64,000 nucleotides of DNA from an uncultured Acidobacteriota bacterium (GCA_963720545.1 OY970399.1:576001-640000), one strand, 5' to 3'; numbered from the stretch's first letter, positions 19,450 to 30,042 are shown. A program made the numbers and translations. Notes: generated by a model from the sequence alone, not told the origin.

Positions 19450-20424
19450 CTACGCGCGGATAACATCGAGCAGGCTCTCGAACGAAAGCGGCTTGTAGGT
19501 GTTGCCACGCACATCGAGGCGGGTGCGTTCCGCGGCCTCGGCGAGTGCTATTGCCAGCGGTCCCAGCCGGCCCTCTGTGAGGGGTCGAAGCCTGCCCTCG
19601 AGGTCGCAGTTGACCAGTGTGTCGGCCGCGGCGCCGGAGTGCAGGGCGGCGATATCCCTCAGCAGCGAACGCAGGGCGGCGAGCGCAACCAGCGGATCGT
19701 CGTTGTCGGCGAGGCTGTCGGCTGCCGCCATCGCCGCAAACGGGCTCGCGCCCGCCGCCGCGACGGTCTCGACGGCGGAGAGTGCCGTCTCGCGCGCGTC
19801 CATGTAGCCGTCGGTGTCGAACGAAAGAGCACGGCCGATGCTGCCGGCGCTGACCACGGCGCGCAGGCGCGCCTCGGGAGCCGCAACCCCGCGCGCGCGC
19901 AGAAACGCCTCGACCTGTTCGCTCGCGAGGGCGGTGGCGCGCAGCGTCTGGCAGCGCGAGCGAATGGTGGGCAGCAGCCGGTCGGGCTCGGCCGTCACGA
20001 GCAGGATCCGCGAAGTGAACGGCGGCTCCTCGAGGCTCTTGAGGAACGCGTTCTGCGCCTGCTCGGTCATCAGGTGCGCATCGTCGATGACGAACGCTCG
20101 GGTCTTCGCCTCGAAGGGACGCGACTGCACCTCGCGCACCAGGTCGCGCACCGCCTCGATCTTGATCGAGGCGGGCGCCGGTTCGACCAGAAAGAAGTCG
20201 GGGTGCATGCGGCGTGCGACCCGGTCGCAGGCCTTGCAGGCACCGCACGCGTCGCCGCTGCCGGTCTCGCACAGGAACGCCCGCGCCGCCTCGAGCGCCA
20301 GCGTGCGCTTGCCGATGCCCACCGGGCCGCAGAGCACGAGTGCCGGCGGCGTGCGAGAGCGGCGCTGCGCGCGCAGGAAGAAGTCCTTGAGCCGGTCGTG
20401 GCCGACGATGGCGCTAAAGGCCAT
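19450..20424 (-). CDS. holB: DNA polymerase III delta' subunit
   Basis: GPVGIGK, Zn module C..CGACKAC, HPDF, AQNAFLKSLEEP and LLPTIRSRC; follows tmk. Confidence 0.95.
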   Translation of the reverse strand: MAFSAIVGHDRLKDFFLRAQRRSRTPPALVLCGPVGIGKRTLALEAARAFLCETGSGDACGACKACDRVARRMHPDFFLVEPAPASIKIEAVRDLVREVQSRPFEAKTRAFVIDDAHLMTEQAQNAFLKSLEEPPFTSRILLVTAEPDRLLPTIRSRCQTLRATALASEQVEAFLRARGVAAPEARLRAVVSAGSIGRALSFDTDGYMDARETALSAVETVAAAGASPFAAMAAADSLADNDDPLVALAALRSLLRDIAALHSGAAADTLVNCDLEGRLRPLTEGRLGPLAIALAEAAERTRLDVRGNTYKPLSFESLLDVIRA

Positions 20425-21037
20425 CGCCGTCTACACCGACGCCCTTCTCCCGCAACACCGCGGTCACCTGCGCGAACACCTGCTCGGCGGTGCCCGAGCC
20501 GTCGAGCGTGCGCCAGCGCTCGGGTTCCTCGGCCATCATCTCGAGATAGCCATCGCGCACCCTCTGGTAGAACCCGAAACGCTCGGATTCCATGCGGTCG
20601 CGCGCGCCGCGGTCGCGCACCCTCGCAAGGCCGGTCTCGACCGGCACGTCGAGAAAGATGTTGAGGTCCGGCAGCAGGCCGCCGGTGGCGAACTCGGCAA
20701 CGGCACGCAGTGTCGGCAGCGGCACGCCGCGGCCGTAGCCCTGATAGGCAAGCGACGAGGCGACGTAGCGGTCGGAGATGACCGGCTTGCCGGCCGCGAG
20801 CGCGGGGCGCAGCACTTCGTCCACGTGCTGCGCGCGATCGGCGAAGTAGAGCAGCACCTCGGTGGGCACGGCGAGGTGCTCGTGGCCCGGGTGCAGCAGC
20901 ATTTCGCGAATGGCCCGGCCAAGGACGGTACCGCCCGGCTCCTTGGTGACGAGCACGCCGGGGCCGAGCGCCGCTGCGAGGCGGCGGGCCTGGGTGCTCT
21001 TGCCGCTGCCTTCGACTCCTTCGAGGACGATGAACAT
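20414..21037 (-). CDS. tmk: Thymidylate kinase
   Basis: FIVLEGVEGSGKSTQ, KEPGG and VISDRYVASSLAYQGYGRG. Confidence 0.97.
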   Translation of the reverse strand: MFIVLEGVEGSGKSTQARRLAAALGPGVLVTKEPGGTVLGRAIREMLLHPGHEHLAVPTEVLLYFADRAQHVDEVLRPALAAGKPVISDRYVASSLAYQGYGRGVPLPTLRAVAEFATGGLLPDLNIFLDVPVETGLARVRDRGARDRMESERFGFYQRVRDGYLEMMAEEPERWRTLDGSGTAEQVFAQVTAVLREKGVGVDGDGL

Positions 21038-21076
21038 CTTCGCCGGCGATTCTATAGGCGCGCGGCGCCAGGCGGG

Positions 21077-22132
21077 TCAGGTCGGCAGGCGGAACACGAG
21101 CCCGACGCGGCACAGCATGATCTCGTCGCCGTCGCTCAACGGGTTCATGACGCCGTTCGCGACCCGCTGGCCGTTGATGAAGGTGCCGTTCATGGCGCCG
21201 ATCTCCTCGGCGAGGAAGAAGGCGGTGTCGCGGTGGATGAGGCGCGCGTGGCGCCTCGAGATGTTGCGGCTGTTCTCTTCCTTGCTGAGGTCGACGTCGG
21301 GATGGGTGTTGGTGACCGAGTCGAACCGGCCGAGCAGCGACTCGTTCTTGACCACCGGGTACTGGTGGCCGGTGTTCTTCGAGACGAGGAACGCGGCCGG
21401 TGCAGGTTCCGCCACCACTCTGGCTACGCCAACGGCAGTGGCAACCGCGGCTGCGGGCCGTTCGGGCGGCGGCGCCAGCACCGGCATTTCTTCAGCCAGC
21501 GAGCGCAGCGCGGCCACCGCGGCCGTGCCGCGGCCGGCGGGCCCGCTGGCCGGCGGCTCGACCGGCAGCACCACGGCGACCCTGCCCCGCTGGGGTGCGG
21601 GGGGCGGCGCGGGCGGCGCCGCGGCTTGCGCGGCGACGGCAGCCGCAGCCGGCAGCGGTACGGGCACCGGCACCGGTTCCGGCGCCAGCACCGGCGGCGG
21701 CAGCGGCAAGGGCGGCGGCGCCGCGACCGGCTGCTGTTCCTCTGGTTGCTTCTGCGTCCCCATCTGCTCGAGCAGCGCGTTCATCTCGCGCAGCCGGATC
21801 GAATACTTGCGCAGCATGCGCACGGCGATCTCCGGGTTCGAGCGCAGCATCTCGCCGAAGGTCTCGCCGTTGATCGCGATCAGCGCCCCGTCCTCGGCCA
21901 TCTCGGCCTTGGCGGAGCGCGGCGCGCGCTCCAGGATAGTCATCTCGCCGAAGAAGTCGCCCTTCTCCATCAGCGACACCTGCACTTCGGCGCCGCCCTT
22001 CACTGTCTTCTTGATCGAGACGAGCCCCGACTGCACGATGAACATCGTGTCGCCCTCGTCGCCCTCGTGGAAGAGCACTTCACCCTTCTTGTGGCGGGTC
22101 AGGAAGCGGGCAAATGGGCTGCGGTCGGCCAT
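21077..22132 (-). CDS. cNMP-binding domain + Pro/Ala linker + FHA domain protein
   Basis: LFHEGDEGDTMFIVQSG..GDFFGEM..PRSA (cNMP); LLGR..ISRRHARL..NGTFING (FHA). Confidence 0.9.
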   Translation of the reverse strand: MADRSPFARFLTRHKKGEVLFHEGDEGDTMFIVQSGLVSIKKTVKGGAEVQVSLMEKGDFFGEMTILERAPRSAKAEMAEDGALIAINGETFGEMLRSNPEIAVRMLRKYSIRLREMNALLEQMGTQKQPEEQQPVAAPPPLPLPPPVLAPEPVPVPVPLPAAAAVAAQAAAPPAPPPAPQRGRVAVVLPVEPPASGPAGRGTAAVAALRSLAEEMPVLAPPPERPAAAVATAVGVARVVAEPAPAAFLVSKNTGHQYPVVKNESLLGRFDSVTNTHPDVDLSKEENSRNISRRHARLIHRDTAFFLAEEIGAMNGTFINGQRVANGVMNPLSDGDEIMLCRVGLVFRLPT

Positions 22133-22160
22133 TAGGAAGTGCGCGAAAGTCTAGCGCTTT

Positions 22161-23534
22161 TCAGGCGGCGGGATCGTTGAGCACGGCGCGTTTCGACACC
22201 TCGCGGCGTAGCGTTTCCAGGAAGGCGCCGAAGCGGTGCGCGATCTGCACCAGCGCCGGCAGGCTCGCGCACTTCAGGAGCTCGATGTAGAACTGCTCGA
22301 AACCGGCCCAGTCGCGGTACATGAGCCGGGTCATGCGCGTGTCGTAGAAAGACGAAACCGCGGTCTTGAGCGCCGGCACCTCGGCCGGGTCGCGGCGCAC
22401 CTCGAAGGCGCGCAGGATCGCGACCAGCTCGCGCAGCGACTCGGCGAGCGCCACCGACTCCTCGCGGCGCGTCACGAAGTCGGGAAAGATCTCGCCGCCC
22501 GAGGCCTTGGGGTCGAAGGCCTGCGCCAGCTGCACGATCGACTGCTGGAAGCACGCCTTGAGGATGCCGTGGCTGTTTTCGACGCGGGCGCGCACGGTCT
22601 GGGCGTGGCGGAAGGACGCGATGTCGAGGAGCTCGGTCTGCAGCACCTTGCGCAGCTCGAGCGGCATCGAATAGATGAAGGCGTCGTAAACGCCGTAGAG
22701 CGGATCTTCCTTGGCGAGCGTCCCCATGATGCGCCGCTCGATGTTGGCGAGCAGCTGCCTGGTTTCGGCGGTCACCAGTGCAAACACCAGCACCGTGTTC
22801 TTGAGGTCGGCTTCGGCGAGATGCCTGGGGTCGGCGAATTCCAGGTAGCGCAGCAGGCGGAAGAGCTCGAGGAACACGCGCGCCGCGTTCTTGCGGTCGG
22901 AAGCGCTGAGGATGCCGCGGATGGTGGTGGCGAGCACGCGGTTGGTGATGCGGTCGTGGATCGGCTTCCATTTCTGCTCGATGAGCAGTGCGATCAGCGG
23001 GTGGCGGCGGGTCTCGCGGTCCACGAGCCGGCCCACGGAGGCGAACGCCGCGTACGGCAGCTGCGAGAGCCGCACCAGGTTCGCGAGCAGCGTGTGGATG
23101 TCGTCGAACGATTCGCGCAGCTGCACGAGCCCGGCCTCGGGCGTCGTCTGCCGCGCGAACAACGGTACCGCCGCTTCGCCGGGCTCGCCGCGCTTCATCG
23201 CGATGGCGCCCTCGACGAAGCGGCCGAAGCGCGCCTTGTCGAGGCCCTCGTCGCGCGCGATCGAGACGCACAGCTTGGTGACGCGCACCACTACGTTATC
23301 GACGAGGCGCAGCTCCTCGGTCCAGTTGCGCAGCGCCAGCTGTTGGGCATCGCGGTCGGAGATCGGCTGGTTGCGGATGCGGAAGAAGCGCTCGAGACTG
23401 CGCAGCCACATCTCGAGCTCGAGGAGCTCGGCCGCCTTGCCGGAGGCGCTGGCGGCTTCCATCCACGAACCGAGGCGGCTCTTCAGGAACTCGGAGCGCA
23501 CGTTGCGCGCACCGTTGCGGACGGCGGGGGGCAT
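22161..23534 (-). CDS. Hypothetical all-alpha-helical cytoplasmic protein
   Basis: About 457-aa ORF with host-like codon usage, co-oriented with its neighbours; no recognised motif. Confidence 0.7.
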   Translation of the reverse strand: MPPAVRNGARNVRSEFLKSRLGSWMEAASASGKAAELLELEMWLRSLERFFRIRNQPISDRDAQQLALRNWTEELRLVDNVVVRVTKLCVSIARDEGLDKARFGRFVEGAIAMKRGEPGEAAVPLFARQTTPEAGLVQLRESFDDIHTLLANLVRLSQLPYAAFASVGRLVDRETRRHPLIALLIEQKWKPIHDRITNRVLATTIRGILSASDRKNAARVFLELFRLLRYLEFADPRHLAEADLKNTVLVFALVTAETRQLLANIERRIMGTLAKEDPLYGVYDAFIYSMPLELRKVLQTELLDIASFRHAQTVRARVENSHGILKACFQQSIVQLAQAFDPKASGGEIFPDFVTRREESVALAESLRELVAILRAFEVRRDPAEVPALKTAVSSFYDTRMTRLMYRDWAGFEQFYIELLKCASLPALVQIAHRFGAFLETLRREVSKRAVLNDPAA

Positions 23535-23658
23535 TGCCGGCATTATCGCAAACGGCCCACCCCCGCGCGGTGTGATGCGGGTGACGACGTGATGCAAAAC
23601 GGGGGCGGCCGTGATGCGGCGCGCCCCCGCGGGACAGCTTGTGATCTGCGACGGAGCC

Positions 23659-25995
23659 CTAGAACTGGGCGCGCAGCTCCGCGCTCACCGAACGCTTCAT
23701 GAGGTCGCCGAAGATGTGCTGCTGGATGGTCTCGTTCGCGAGGTTCGTGCCCTTCAGCACGGTCGTGAACTTCCCGTCGGCCCACTTCACGCCGACGAGC
23801 GCATTCAGCATCGTGTAGGAATCGGTCTGCCCCCAGAACTGCTGCTGGAGGACGTCCGTCCAGAACGCCTTGTCCACGTAGTTGGCCGAGACGTTGCCGA
23901 ACACCCGCCGGCCAGCCCAGTTGAGGTTGGCGTTGAAGCGGTTCTTCGCCGGTATGCCGACTTCGCCGATCGGATAGCGGATCTGGCCGGTCGCCTCGTC
24001 GAGGATCTTCGGCGTCTGCTGGTACGAGTAGTTGAGGCCGAACGACCAGACGCTGTCGATGCGCTGGTCGAGCGAAGCCTCGACGCCTCGCTGGCGCAGC
24101 GGCCCTAGGTTCAGGTAGGTCGAGACGGTACGCGGCAGCGTCGGCAGGATCCGCGCCTGCACCAGGAAGCCGTAGAGCGGCCCCGGAATGCCGGTCTCGC
24201 CCGAGTTCGCAGGTGTGTAGACGTCGAAGCCCGGGCCGCCCGTCGGAAAACTGAGCCCCGGCGTGATCGGCGTGAAGTTGATGTTGTCGTCGGTGTCGTT
24301 CTGGTAGAGCGCCAGGCCGAGCGTCGTGTTGTTGAACGAGCCGGTGTAGCTCAGTTCATAAGCCTTCACCGACTCTTCCTTGAGGTTCGGGTTGCCGATG
24401 TTGTTGACGATGAGGCGCACCGGAGAAGTCGGCACCAGCGGCACGAGGCCGAGCGCCGAGGGCGGCAGCTGCCCGATCGAGACCAGGAACGGAATCTGCT
24501 GGCGCAGCGGTGCCAGGTTGAAGGGCGCAACGCCTGGCGCGAAGATCTTCTGGTCGAGGAAGTTGTTGACTGGCGAGGGCGAGCGGAACGCCTTGTTGAA
24601 CGAGACGCGGAACGCATGGTCCGGCGACGGCTTGAACATCACCGTGGCGCGCGGCGAGAACACCACGTTGTCGATGTTGCCAAACTTGTCGGCGCGGCCG
24701 CCCAGCGAGATGCGGAAGCGATCCTTGAAGTACTCTTCCTGGAAGTAGGCGCCGAACTCGTTGCGATCCTCGGCGCGCGGCGTCAGCGTGATCTCGAACT
24801 GGTTGCGGCGCGCGTTGCCGCCGTACGAGAGAATGTGCTGGCCGCCGATCACGCGCGAGTGGCCGACCTCGATGTCGAAGGTCTTGGTGTTGAAGTTGAG
24901 CGCCACCGGCTGCAGCGTCGTGGGATCGGTGAGCAGCAGGTTCGGCGCGTCGGCGTTGAGCGCGTTCAGGAACGTCGCGATCTTCAGCGCGCCCTTCGTG
25001 TAGCCGACGCGGCCATACGCGAGATACGAACCGCTTTGCAGGTCGAACGGACCGATGCCGGTGTGGACGATGCCCTCGGTGCCGGCGTAGCCCGCCGAAT
25101 ACGAGAGGTGCGCGCCACCCGCGAGTTCCTGGTCGAGGCGCGCCTCGAACTTGGGCTGGCTGGTGCCGGTGTTCTGGAACGCCGTGCCCGGCGCGCCGCT
25201 GCCGTCGATCGGGTAGGGCGCGCCTCCCGTCACCACGCGCGCGTCGAGAGGATGATGGCTGATCGGCACGATGCCGACAGGGCGCGCGTACGCGTCGGAG
25301 TTGAAATAGCCGGCCGAAAGGCGGAACGAGAGCGTGTCGCTCGGCGCGCGCGCGATGGTCGCGCCCAGGCCGTAGAGCGTGCCGTTGCCCTTGCCGGCGA
25401 GCGAGCCGGCGTCGCGGTTGATGGTCCCGATCTGCGCGCTGAGGTTGACGCCCTGCGACTCACGCGGCGTCTTGGTGATGATGTTGACGACCCCCGACAG
25501 GGCGTTGGCACCCCACACCGCCGAAGCCGGGCCGCGCACCACTTCGATCTGCTTGATCTCGTTCGAATTCGTGGGCACCAGGTCCCAGAGGACCAGGCCG
25601 AAGAAGTCGAGGTACAGCGAGCGTCCGTCGAGCAGCACCAGCTGCGAGGTGGCGAGCGTGGAGGTGGCGCCGCGGCTCGACAGGTTGACGTCGCGCGCGG
25701 ACGTCTGGATGACGTTCATGCCCGGGACGCTGCGCAGCAGGTCGCCGAAGTTCGTCGACGGCGCCGCGTTGATGGTCTCGGCGCCGATGACGCTGACCGT
25801 GGCGGGGGCGTTGATGAGTGTCGTCTCCACCTTGGACGCGGAGACGATGACCGTCTCCTCGCGGCTCACCTGCCCGGTTTCGTCGGACTTCGTCTGCCCC
25901 GCCTGCGGCGAGGGCGAGGCCTGGGGATCCTGGCCAAACGCCGGGCCCGCAGCGAGGGCGGCAATCGCCAGCATGGCAAGAAAATGAGCATTCAT
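23659..25995 (-). CDS. TonB-dependent outer-membrane receptor
   Basis: Signal peptide, TonB box ETVIVSAS, plug motifs (LLRSVPGM, LVLLDGR, IEVVRGPASAVWGANALSGVVNIITK) and a C-terminal Phe. Confidence 0.95.
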   Translation of the reverse strand: MNAHFLAMLAIAALAAGPAFGQDPQASPSPQAGQTKSDETGQVSREETVIVSASKVETTLINAPATVSVIGAETINAAPSTNFGDLLRSVPGMNVIQTSARDVNLSSRGATSTLATSQLVLLDGRSLYLDFFGLVLWDLVPTNSNEIKQIEVVRGPASAVWGANALSGVVNIITKTPRESQGVNLSAQIGTINRDAGSLAGKGNGTLYGLGATIARAPSDTLSFRLSAGYFNSDAYARPVGIVPISHHPLDARVVTGGAPYPIDGSGAPGTAFQNTGTSQPKFEARLDQELAGGAHLSYSAGYAGTEGIVHTGIGPFDLQSGSYLAYGRVGYTKGALKIATFLNALNADAPNLLLTDPTTLQPVALNFNTKTFDIEVGHSRVIGGQHILSYGGNARRNQFEITLTPRAEDRNEFGAYFQEEYFKDRFRISLGGRADKFGNIDNVVFSPRATVMFKPSPDHAFRVSFNKAFRSPSPVNNFLDQKIFAPGVAPFNLAPLRQQIPFLVSIGQLPPSALGLVPLVPTSPVRLIVNNIGNPNLKEESVKAYELSYTGSFNNTTLGLALYQNDTDDNINFTPITPGLSFPTGGPGFDVYTPANSGETGIPGPLYGFLVQARILPTLPRTVSTYLNLGPLRQRGVEASLDQRIDSVWSFGLNYSYQQTPKILDEATGQIRYPIGEVGIPAKNRFNANLNWAGRRVFGNVSANYVDKAFWTDVLQQQFWGQTDSYTMLNALVGVKWADGKFTTVLKGTNLANETIQQHIFGDLMKRSVSAELRAQF

Positions 25996-26076
25996 ACGGG
26001 AGCCTCCTGGAGGCGGCGCGGGGATTGGTGCGGCTGGTTCGTGAAAATGGCTATCGACGGCGAGACGGTAGCACAG

Positions 26077-27516
26077 CTACCCCCGGGCGGAAAGAGCCGC
26101 GAGGAGGGCCTCGTGCAGGCCGCCGAAGCCGCCGTTCGACAAAATCGCAACGGCGTCCCCTGCCCGGCATTCCGCCTCCAGCGCCGCGACGATATCGGGC
26201 ACCTTCGCGATGAAGTCGGCGGGCGTGCCGCGGCTCGCCACCGCCGCCGCCAGCTCCGTTTCGGAGATGCGTTCCTGCGGCGGCACCTTGCCGGGCAGGT
26301 GGGCGCCGGCGACGAAAACCCGGTCGGCGCCGGCGAGGGCGCTCGCGAAGTCGTCGGCGAACACGCGGGTGCGCGACGTGTAGGAGCGCGGCTCGAAGAC
26401 CGCGATGAGTCTGCCCGGGCTGTTCGCAGCCGCCATCGTCGCCCGCAGCGCCTCGAGCGTGGCGCGCACTGCCGTCGGGTGATGGGCGAAGTCGTCATAA
26501 ATGAAGACGCCACCAGGCGTGCCGCGCAGCTCGAGGCGGCGCTTCACGCCGCGAAAACTGCGCAGCGGCCCTCGCAGCGCCTCGGGCGCAACCCCGGCCG
26601 CCTGGGCCGCCGCAATCGCCGCGAGCGCGTTGCGGACGTTGTGCGCGCCGGCCATGGACACGGTGAACTCCCCCAATGGCGAGCCGTGATGCACGAGGCG
26701 GAACGAGGTGCCGGATGCCGTGGCGCGCAGGTCGTCGGCGCGCCAGTCGGCGGCGTCGTTGCCGCCTCCGGCGCCGACTTCACCAAGCGCGAACGTCTCC
26801 ACCCGACAGCGGGCGCGTGGCAGCAGCTCGCGCACCGCGGGCGACTCGACGCCGGCGATCAGCAGCCCGCGTCGCGGGATCAGGTCGATGAGGCGGGTGA
26901 AGGCGAGCTTCACCGAGGCGAGGTCGGGGTAGATGTCGGCGTGGTCGAATTCCACGTTGCCGAGGATTGCGACCTGCGGCCGGTAGTGCACGAACTTGGG
27001 CCGCTTGTCGAAGAAGGCGCAGTCGTACTCGTCGCCCTCGATCACGAACTCTTCGCCTTCGCCGAGCCGATAGCTGCGCGCGAAGTCGTTGGCGATGCCG
27101 CCGATCAAGAACGACGGCGCCCGCCCGGCGCGGTCGAGCGCGTGCGCCAGCAGGCTCGTGGTGGTGGTCTTGCCGTGGGTGCCGGCCACCACGACCGCAC
27201 GCCGGCCGGCGGCGCCGATGAAGGCATCCCCCAGCAGCGCCGCGCCGCTCGTCATCGGCTGGCCGCGGTCGAGCACCACCTCCACCTCGGGGTTGCCGCG
27301 CGACAAGGCGTTGCCGATCACCACCAGGTCGGCGTCCCGGGGCACGTTGCCTTCGGCGTACGGCGTGCGGATCTCGATCCCCAGCTCGCGCAGCTGTGTG
27401 GACATCGGCGGATAGACGTCCTGGTCGGAGCCGGTGAGGATGTCGCCGCGTTCGCGCAGCAGGCCGGCGAGGCTCGCCATCGCCGTGCCGCAGATGGCGG
27501 CGACGTGGATCTTCAC
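26077..27516 (-). CDS. mpl: UDP-MurNAc:L-Ala-gamma-D-Glu-mDAP ligase (murein peptide ligase)
   Basis: ICGTAMASLA, GSDQDVYPPMS, VAGTHGKTTT, EGDEYDCAFFDKRPKF, EFDHADIY, DDFAHHPTA and FEPRS. Confidence 0.95.
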   Translation of the reverse strand: MKIHVAAICGTAMASLAGLLRERGDILTGSDQDVYPPMSTQLRELGIEIRTPYAEGNVPRDADLVVIGNALSRGNPEVEVVLDRGQPMTSGAALLGDAFIGAAGRRAVVVAGTHGKTTTTSLLAHALDRAGRAPSFLIGGIANDFARSYRLGEGEEFVIEGDEYDCAFFDKRPKFVHYRPQVAILGNVEFDHADIYPDLASVKLAFTRLIDLIPRRGLLIAGVESPAVRELLPRARCRVETFALGEVGAGGGNDAADWRADDLRATASGTSFRLVHHGSPLGEFTVSMAGAHNVRNALAAIAAAQAAGVAPEALRGPLRSFRGVKRRLELRGTPGGVFIYDDFAHHPTAVRATLEALRATMAAANSPGRLIAVFEPRSYTSRTRVFADDFASALAGADRVFVAGAHLPGKVPPQERISETELAAAVASRGTPADFIAKVPDIVAALEAECRAGDAVAILSNGGFGGLHEALLAALSARG

Positions 27517-28472
27517 GGCGCAGCGTCCTTGAGGGTGAGGGTGACGGCCGCTTCGGTGACTGCGAACGACGCACGGCCGGAGGCTTCGCAGTAGAGCCGC
27601 GCCGCGCAGCCGAGCGGCAGGGTCAGCGCCGCGCTCGTCGTGTGGCCGGTGGCAAGCCCGACCGCCACTGGCCCTGCGAACCACGACAGCGAGTCCTCGA
27701 TCACGTCCTCGAGCGTGTAGCCGGCGTCCGGCGCGGCCTGGCAGCCCGGCATCTGGCCGAAGACGACGCCGCGCACGCCCTCGAAGGCGCCGGCTTCGCG
27801 CAGTTGCAGCAGCATGCGGTCGATGCGGTACGGCGGCTCGTTCACGTCCTCGAGCAGCAATATCGTTCCCGCCGGATCGGGCTTGAGGGCCCATGGCGTG
27901 CCACAGGCCGCGGCGAGGATCGCAAGACAGCCGCCTAGCAGCCGCCCGGTGGCACTTCCTGGGCGCAGCCCGAGCAGGTCGCCGGAATCACTGCGGTACG
28001 GCTCGCCGCTGCCGAAGAGTGCGTGCTGCAGCGAGTCCCGGTGCCAGCGGTCTTTCGCGAGGTCGCCCGCGACCATCGGCCCGTACAGGCTCACGATGCC
28101 GGCGCGATTCAGCGCCAGGTGCAGCCAGGTGAGGTCGCTGCAGCCGAGCAGGATGCGCGGCGGCTCGAAGAGGCGCGGATCGAGGTGGCGCATCAGCGAG
28201 CCCGCGCCGGCGCCGCCGCGCGCAGCCACCACAGCCTTCGCCCCGGCGACACCGCCGAACGCCCGCTGCAACTCGGCGCCACGGCTTGCGATGGTGCCGG
28301 CCGTGAAGAGGTGGCGCTCGTTGCGCAGCGCGCTCTTGTCAATGCGCAGGCCGAGGGCGGTGAGCGCTGCGACACCCTGCGCCAGCAGCGTCTCGTCATA
28401 GACGCCGGAAGGCGCGCACACGACGACGGTGTCGCCTTGCTGGAGCGCCGGCGGCTTGCGCCACGCCTTCAA
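27513..28472 (-). CDS. ldcA: LD-carboxypeptidase (peptidase S66)
   Basis: ARGGAG, LLGCSDLT (catalytic Ser), GRLLGGCL, LLLEDV and GHT (catalytic His). Confidence 0.92.
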   Translation of the reverse strand: MKAWRKPPALQQGDTVVVCAPSGVYDETLLAQGVAALTALGLRIDKSALRNERHLFTAGTIASRGAELQRAFGGVAGAKAVVAARGGAGAGSLMRHLDPRLFEPPRILLGCSDLTWLHLALNRAGIVSLYGPMVAGDLAKDRWHRDSLQHALFGSGEPYRSDSGDLLGLRPGSATGRLLGGCLAILAAACGTPWALKPDPAGTILLLEDVNEPPYRIDRMLLQLREAGAFEGVRGVVFGQMPGCQAAPDAGYTLEDVIEDSLSWFAGPVAVGLATGHTTSAALTLPLGCAARLYCEASGRASFAVTEAAVTLTLKDAAP

Positions 28473-29566
28473 TAGCCGCCCCGCGAAGCGATCTCCGCGG
28501 CGAGCGTGAGGCTCTCCGCGCGGCCGGCCGCGGCGCGCGCACGCGCCGGGTTAGGCTCCTCATGCGGCAGCGCGAAGCGTTCCTTGAGCGCGCGTATGCG
28601 GCGCAGCGACGCGTCGAACGGCTTCGGCGCCAGCGTTTCCGATTCGGCGGCGCGCACCAGGCCCTCGATGGCCGCCACCTGCACGTCCATGGTCGCGCAC
28701 ACCGGCAGCACGTCGCAGCCGGCCGCAGCCGCGGCCACCGCGGCGGTCGCCGGCTTCCAGCGCTTTGCGATCGCTTTCATCTCGAGGTCGTCGGAGACGA
28801 TGACGCCCGCGTAACCCATTTCGCGGCGCAGCAGGCCGTCGATGAGCCGCGGCGACAGCGTCGCCGGCATGGTCTCGTCGTACTCGCGGACCAGCACGTG
28901 CGCCGTCATGATCGAGGCGGCCTGCGCAGCCACCATGTCGCGAAACGGCCGCAGCTCGATGTCTTCGATACGGCCGCGAGAGTGCTCGATCGACGGCAGG
29001 TCGAGGTGCGAGTCGACGTCGGTGTCGCCGTGCCCGGGAAAATGCTTCGCGCACGACGCGACCCCGCCGCCTTCGAGGCCGGCGCTGAACGCAACGCCGA
29101 GCTTCCCCACCATCTCCGGGACGTCGCCGAACGAGCGATCCCCGATGACCGGGTTTTTCTCGTTGGTGTCGACATCGACCACCGGCGCCATGTCCCAGCG
29201 GATGCCGCAGGCCCGCAGCTCCACCGCCAGCGCGGCGCCGAACTCCCGTGCCAGCCGCTCGTCGCCGATGCGGCCCAGCGCCCGCAGCGGCGGCCATTCG
29301 GTCCAGGGCGAACGCAGCCGCGCCACCCGCCCGCCCTCCTGGTCCACGGCGATCAGCAGCGGCAGGTCGGCGCCGGCGCGGCGGTTCAGGTCCTGAAGTT
29401 CGCGGCAGAGCGCAGCCAGCTGCTCGGGGGACACCACGTTGCGGGCGAACAGGATCACGTGGCCGACGCCGAACTCACGGATCAGCGTTTTGACGTCCGC
29501 CGACGGGTCGGGTCCGTGGAAGCCCACCATCACCCGCTGCCCGACGCGCCTCACCAGGTCGCGCAC
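28469..29566 (-). CDS. nagZ: Beta-N-acetylhexosaminidase (GH3)
   Basis: ILFARN, IAVDQEGGRV, KHFPGHGDTDVDSH and VIVSDDLEM; no signal peptide. Confidence 0.95.
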   Translation of the reverse strand: MRDLVRRVGQRVMVGFHGPDPSADVKTLIREFGVGHVILFARNVVSPEQLAALCRELQDLNRRAGADLPLLIAVDQEGGRVARLRSPWTEWPPLRALGRIGDERLAREFGAALAVELRACGIRWDMAPVVDVDTNEKNPVIGDRSFGDVPEMVGKLGVAFSAGLEGGGVASCAKHFPGHGDTDVDSHLDLPSIEHSRGRIEDIELRPFRDMVAAQAASIMTAHVLVREYDETMPATLSPRLIDGLLRREMGYAGVIVSDDLEMKAIAKRWKPATAAVAAAAAGCDVLPVCATMDVQVAAIEGLVRAAESETLAPKPFDASLRRIRALKERFALPHEEPNPARARAAAGRAESLTLAAEIASRGGY

Positions 29567-29568
29567 GT

Positions 29569-30042
29569 TCAGCCAGCGAGGCGGCGGCGGACGGCTTCGT
29601 TCACCTTCTTGCCGTCGGCCGGCTTGCCCGCTGCCGCGAGCGCCGCCAGCGCCGCCTTCATCACCTTGCCCATGTCTTTCGCGGTCGCCGCTCCGGTCGC
29701 GGCGAGCGCCGCCGCAACCGCGGCCTCGATCTCGGCGTCGGAGGCGCCTTCGGGCAGGTACTCGCGCAGCACCTTGACCTCGGCTTCCTCCTTTACGACG
29801 AGCTCATTGCGCGCGGCAGCGCGGAACTGCTCGGCGGAGTCCTCGCGCTGCTTGATGAGCGCCTGCAGCACCTTCTGCGCCTCGGCGTCCTCGAGCGGCG
29901 CCATCTTCTCGATCTCGCGGTTCTTGAGCGCGGCCTTCGCCATGCGCAGCACGCTGAGCCGCGCAGCGTCCTTGCTCTTCATCGCCGCCGTCAGGTCGGC
30001 GGCTACACGCTCGGTGAGGCTGATGGTGACGTTGAGGGCCAT
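29569..30042 (-). CDS. yqeY: GatB/YqeY domain protein
   Basis: AMKSKD..RLSVLRMAKAALKN, KQREDSAEQF and KDMGKVM. Confidence 0.93.
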   Translation of the reverse strand: MALNVTISLTERVAADLTAAMKSKDAARLSVLRMAKAALKNREIEKMAPLEDAEAQKVLQALIKQREDSAEQFRAAARNELVVKEEAEVKVLREYLPEGASDAEIEAAVAAALAATGAATAKDMGKVMKAALAALAAAGKPADGKKVNEAVRRRLAG

